Assembly: GCA_038851755.1 (NCBI GenBank)
Contig: JAWCKR010000018.1
Coordinates: 1 to 24,540 of the forward strand
DNA: 24,540 bases
Direction of reading: 5' to 3'
Origin: Candidatus Hadarchaeales archaeon
GTDB taxonomy: Archaea > Hadarchaeota > Hadarchaeia > Hadarchaeales > WYZ-LMO6
Part shown: piece by piece, positions 24,124 to 24,540 of the stretch
How the letters are laid out: each line of letters opens with the position of its first letter
Position numbering within the stretch: position 1 is the stretch's first letter
The notes under the pieces: generated by a model
The model's database searches: none
What the model was told of the DNA's origin: nothing
What the model saw: the letters and a program-made list of their open reading frames with translations, nothing else
Translations under genes and position numbers: made by a program

Positions 24124-24540
24124 TCACCCCGAAACGCTCTGAATCAGCTCGGACATGGTCACCTGCTCGGCTTGCAGGTGTATCGTCCTCATGGTGACGC
24201 TGGTCATGATGATGGTGGGTAGTAGATACTTTGAGATGCTCACGAGCCACGGGACTGAGCTCCCGCTCCACTGCAGGGGTAGGAGACCTATCGCGTTCCC
24301 CTTCACGTAGGTGGTGTAAAGGAGGGCGTTCTTCATCTCGATTCCCGGAGAGGACATCATGTATGGGCCCGTGGACATGCTGACTCCCTTGGTGCTCATG
24401 CTGCCTGCCTGAATCTTGGTGACCTTAACGCCGTTGTAGGTTGTCCCCACGATGTCGTAGCTGGACATGGTGCTGGAGCTGGCCCTCACCTCCACCTCGG
24501 AGGGGAAGGTTTTTGACAGGAACCCTTGGACGGAGACATT
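24124..24540 (-). CDS. Hypothetical Ser/Thr/Met-rich beta-strand protein, 5' end outside the window
   Basis: The frame is open to the window edge (NVSVQGFLSKTFPSEVEVRASSS...), codon usage is host-like, and a T-tract follows. Confidence 0.7.
   Translation of the reverse strand, partial: NVSVQGFLSKTFPSEVEVRASSSTMSSYDIVGTTYNGVKVTKIQAGSMSTKGVSMSTGPYMMSSPGIEMKNALLYTTYVKGNAIGLLPLQWSGSSVPWLVSISKYLLPTIIMTSVTMRTIHLQAEQVTMSELIQSVSG

Noticed and set aside
1-24540. CRISPR arrays, IS elements, integrases, Sec/Pyl readthrough
   Set aside because: I saw no regularly spaced repeats, no transposase or integrase motifs, and no in-frame stops interrupting conserved domains.

Overview
This is a gene-dense, GC-rich archaeal chromosomal segment. 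The evidence is eS24/eS31 ribosomal proteins, TATA/BRE promoters, a BHB-intron tRNA and class III signal peptides; a thermophilic, Hadarchaeota-like lineage is only my inference. In order it contains: (1) a decayed PIN/VapC 3' end; (2) PAC2-rps24e-rps27ae; (3) tRNA-Pro(CGG) with a 13-nt intron, followed by a lower-GC Phd/YefM-RelE toxin-antitoxin islet closed by a degenerate copy of the tRNA 3' end; (4) a ~7.6 kb sulfur/Fe-S neighbourhood (Isf-like flavoprotein, NIL-ferredoxin, DUF39-CBS homocysteine synthase, NadA, FdhD, an atypical CX8CX2C radical SAM, SufS and a Cys-rich unknown); (5) a coupled GalT-DUF166-PAP2 operon; (6) a wHTH/DUF4443 protein next to an S-component plus DUF4430 putative vitamin (B12-like) uptake operon with a perfect palindromic operator; (7) a type IV pilus locus (pilin, multi-domain minor pilin, degenerate KaiC/RAD55-like protein, MinD, TadC-like platform, ATPase); (8) malQ, an HhH-GPD-like gene and a partial gene. 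The best leads are the sulfur-relay neighbourhood with its orphan radical SAM, the operator-controlled uptake operon, and apparent CTG/ACG start codons. All family calls come from motif recognition, not database searches.
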